From assembly GCA_902591415.1 (NCBI GenBank), contig CACJAU010000003.1, positions 11,537 through 75,536 on the forward strand: a stretch of DNA of 64,000 bases. The letters run 5' to 3'. This DNA comes from an uncultured Pelagibacteraceae bacterium. Its GTDB lineage: Bacteria; Pseudomonadota; Alphaproteobacteria; Pelagibacterales; Pelagibacteraceae. Shown in pieces: positions 61,124-64,000 of the stretch. Each line of letters starts with the position of its first letter. Positions within the stretch are counted from its first letter, which is position 1. Position numbers and translations under genes: made by a program. The notes beneath the pieces are model-generated. The model searched no databases. It had not been told where the DNA came from and worked only from the letters and a program-made list of their open reading frames with translations.

Positions 61124-61696
61124 TTATTTGTAAGTTTCAATCAAGAAATTATTAAATTCATCCGTAATTATTGAAACTTTAAGATTGTCAGTAAAACCAG
61201 TTTCATCTGCCCAATTCATACATTCTACCATTACAAATCCGCTGCCATCTTTCATGTCAAATTGATGATGACTGCCAGACGATTTTCCAGTTTTATCTCC
61301 TGGATGAACGGTAATACCAAAATTATTATATAATGCGTTATCTTTAAAGATTATTTTTAATTCTCTCACAATTTGGTTTTCAGATTTATAGCAATCATTA
61401 AAATTCTTGTTATCGTATAAAATTTTTCCATTTATCGCTTTTATTATAAGTTTTTTGTCATTGGCTTCAAATTCAACTGATACACCCTCATAAGGGCCAT
61501 TATCAATTAACTTAGCAACTGAGGCGTATTTTTTATTTTTATACATAAACCTCTTACTCTTTAAATCATCTTCACTAAAAAAATCTAAAGCGCTATCCCC
61601 AATACTGATCCCAGCTATTTGAAAATCATTTATACTTTCTGCTTTTAAAGTTTCAAAATTAACAATTAGGATTATTATAAAAAAAAATTTTTTCAT
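61124..61696 (-). CDS. Secreted hypothetical protein (paralog of 60494-61120)
   Basis: Signal peptide, then INDFQIAGISIGDSALDFF. Confidence 0.8.
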   Translation of the reverse strand: MKKFFFIIILIVNFETLKAESINDFQIAGISIGDSALDFFSEDDLKSKRFMYKNKKYASVAKLIDNGPYEGVSVEFEANDKKLIIKAINGKILYDNKNFNDCYKSENQIVRELKIIFKDNALYNNFGITVHPGDKTGKSSGSHHQFDMKDGSGFVMVECMNWADETGFTDNLKVSIITDEFNNFLIETYK

Positions 61697-61718
61697 ATTT
61701 AATTAAATAAGATTTTAT

Positions 61719-62555
61719 TTAGTTATAAATTATAGCTGAAGATACTATTAAAGTTACCAAAAATAAAGATGCTAAGTAAGCATAAAGCACATCTGTATTT
61801 TGAATTCTAGCTTTATCAACCGACTCTGTAATTTTTTTTAGTTGCTCTCTCCTAAAATAATAAATTATTCCAATTATAAATATAATTGTTAACAAAGGAA
61901 AAATATCTGCAGCGCCATAGTAATTGTAAGCGCCATGATATATTATAGGCAGAGATAAAGATAAAATTAACATAATTCTTCTTTTAAATATGTTTCTCTC
62001 CTCAAAAAGATTTTGACTTAATAACCATCCCATCAAAACTCCAAATCCCATGTGCATTATTAGTGGATAATATCTAGTTTTAACCATTTCTAATGTCCAG
62101 GCCTCTTCAAAATTTGAGCTTGATAAGTAACCTACGTTTTCAATAGCTGCATAACCCAGACCAATAGCAGCACCGTAAACTATTGCGTCCATAGGTTCGT
62201 TTAAATCTGATAATCTTACGCAAAAAAATATTAACAATGCAAACTTAATTCCTTCCTCTAGAAATGCTGCTCTAAAGAACATTTGATATGCATGTTCAGC
62301 TAGAGGAGCTTGTCCTCCATCCTTCAGATCAAAATTTTTGTAAGCATCCATATCTAGTCCAAGAAGTGGTGCTATATGATCCTCTGCCAAAATGATAAAA
62401 AAATCTAAAGGTAAAATAATTGAAACACCTAACAAAAAAGATGCAAATAAAAATTTGCCAGGTTCAGTAAACCTATCTGATTTCCAAACCAAAAAGCCTA
62501 AAAATATTGGCGGAAGAATAGTTGTGAGATATAGAAATAAATGTGTTTGAAACAT
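61719..62555 (-). CDS. PrsW family intramembrane glutamic protease
   Basis: D....EP, EEGIK (EExxK), GYAAIEN (FxxxE-like), H...G, HGAYN (HxxxD/N). Confidence 0.85.
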   Translation of the reverse strand: MFQTHLFLYLTTILPPIFLGFLVWKSDRFTEPGKFLFASFLLGVSIILPLDFFIILAEDHIAPLLGLDMDAYKNFDLKDGGQAPLAEHAYQMFFRAAFLEEGIKFALLIFFCVRLSDLNEPMDAIVYGAAIGLGYAAIENVGYLSSSNFEEAWTLEMVKTRYYPLIMHMGFGVLMGWLLSQNLFEERNIFKRRIMLILSLSLPIIYHGAYNYYGAADIFPLLTIIFIIGIIYYFRREQLKKITESVDKARIQNTDVLYAYLASLFLVTLIVSSAIIYN

Positions 62556-63472
62556 TATTGAATATCCAATTGTTTTACAATCTCGTAATTCTCAACTCCA
62601 ATATATTTAAATAAATCCTCCCATAATTTTACAAGTGAACTAGATAGGCCATCTCTAGTTTCATAGTCGTGGTTTATATAAAGAATAGTTATTTTAAGGT
62701 TTTTTAGAGAATCTTTATTTGGTTTTCTATCATCAATATAATTCTTAATTTTTTTATTTTTAAGTAAACTGGCAAACGATTTACATTTATTTGGTTTAAT
62801 CAATTCTGAACTGGTTTTACAATGATTATAAAAGGAAAATCTTTTGGAATATTGCATTAAATCAGAAACAATAACCAATTCTCTTTGAGGATACTCGCTT
62901 GTAAAATCTACTTTAGACTCTCTTAAAACATGAAATAGATACTCAAATATTAAACTTTGCTTACCCTCAGGAGCGTTAGTAATCAAAAATTCATTTTTAA
63001 ATTTAATATTTAAGGCTTCCCATGCTGAAAAAATTTCTTTAATAAATTTATCTCCCTCACAACCGCTGTTAGTTTGCTCACCAACATATTGAGATTTATT
63101 TCCAGTTTTAAAACGACATTTAGAATAATCAATAGTTTGAGATTGAGGAGGGGTATCATCAATCTTCATATAGGAGATTTTAAAATATGGTGGAGTATTT
63201 TTAATTAATGTATCACCAAAAATTCTACCTTCAATCCAGTCAACTTGTGCTTGTTTTAAAGGAGAAGTAAAGTCCACTATAAAAAATTTATGCCCTAGTT
63301 TTGAGTTTAATGGACAAAATTGATTTTTACTTTTCGAATTTAATATAATTGGATTTTTATCATCTTTTAAACACTCTGGATATCCAACTGGAAATTTTTT
63401 AGCCAATAAATTACTTTGAAAGAAAGCAAGAATGAATAAGGATAATAAAGTTAATCGTAACCTAAATAACAT
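62555..63472 (-). CDS. Secreted VWA-like hypothetical protein
   Basis: Signal peptide; FFIVDFTSP (MIDAS-like strand) and LVIVSDLMQ; several Cys. Confidence 0.6.
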   Translation of the reverse strand: MLFRLRLTLLSLFILAFFQSNLLAKKFPVGYPECLKDDKNPIILNSKSKNQFCPLNSKLGHKFFIVDFTSPLKQAQVDWIEGRIFGDTLIKNTPPYFKISYMKIDDTPPQSQTIDYSKCRFKTGNKSQYVGEQTNSGCEGDKFIKEIFSAWEALNIKFKNEFLITNAPEGKQSLIFEYLFHVLRESKVDFTSEYPQRELVIVSDLMQYSKRFSFYNHCKTSSELIKPNKCKSFASLLKNKKIKNYIDDRKPNKDSLKNLKITILYINHDYETRDGLSSSLVKLWEDLFKYIGVENYEIVKQLDIQ

Positions 63473-64000
63473 ATTTTTCTCTCAAAGATTCAACATTTTT
63501 ATTTATTTCATCATTATATGAGTTAATTTTATTTATATATTCGTTTGATTCTGATTGTATTTTATTTTGATATACTTCTATTTTTTTTTCTATTTGATCT
63601 TTGTCTAAATAAAGTACTTCAAAATCTTTAAATACTATTTTTGGATTTGATTTTTCCTCAGATAAATCGTAACAACGAATTTTCATTTTACCTTTTTCGT
63701 CTTTCCAGTAATTAGGCTCTGAGTCAGTTCGATACATGCCATTAATAGCCCTATACTCTGATAAAGTATGATCTATTGCATCACTTAATTGACTAGCAAA
63801 TCTTCTATAACCCTGAAAAGTATTTTCCAAATAAGTAATATTTGGAACCCATTCTTTTCTAAGAGTATTTGAAATAATTGTATCTCTTTTTTCTCCAGTT
63901 TTTTTAATCTCGTTTTTAAAGATTGTAATTATCTCCGTGGCTAAATGTTCTCTAATTCTATTTATTTCTTTTTTATCTTCATTTCTTGCTTTCCCAACAT
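63462..64000 (-). CDS. Hypothetical helical protein, 5'-partial
   Basis: Hand translation shows the frame of ORF 63462-63830 is open to the window edge, so the listed TTG start is internal; contains YRAINGMYRTDSEPNYW. Confidence 0.75.
   Translation of the reverse strand, partial: VGKARNEDKKEINRIREHLATEIITIFKNEIKKTGEKRDTIISNTLRKEWVPNITYLENTFQGYRRFASQLSDAIDHTLSEYRAINGMYRTDSEPNYWKDEKGKMKIRCYDLSEEKSNPKIVFKDFEVLYLDKDQIEKKIEVYQNKIQSESNEYINKINSYNDEINKNVESLREKYVI

Overview
AT-rich, densely packed alphaproteobacterial chromosome. The gene order (uvrA-ssb-gyrA-coaD-ppi-tgt; argS-nagZ-scpAB-tatABC-serS; mltB-rlpA-dac-tmk-holB-metG-tatD), minimal spacers and Lys/Asn/Ile-rich proteins point to a streamlined SAR11/Pelagibacter-type genome (inference). 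Most of 11.7-54 kb is core housekeeping. The window holds four tRNAs (Pro-TGG, Ser-TGA, Lys-TTT, Cys-GCA). Accessory parts: (i) an inositol/sugar-acid catabolic block (Gfo/Idh/MocA, IolD, aldehyde dehydrogenase, HpcH aldolase); (ii) a small glycosyl-/methyltransferase block; (iii) a stand-alone Cre-like tyrosine recombinase with a 16-7-16 bp inverted repeat overlapping its start codon, near a 411-bp non-coding, T-tract-phased gap and to the left of a long minus-strand-biased region. This is the best candidate for an undescribed system: a single-recombinase, lox-like dif/chromosome-resolution module. (iv) a sugar ABC transporter with a GH63 glucosyl/mannosyl-glycerate-type hydrolase; (v) an island-like block after tRNA-Cys (two tandem secreted paralogs, a PrsW protease, a VWA-like secreted protein and a partial helical protein). 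No CRISPR array, rRNA or IS element was seen. All calls come from reading motifs by eye; no database searches were run.
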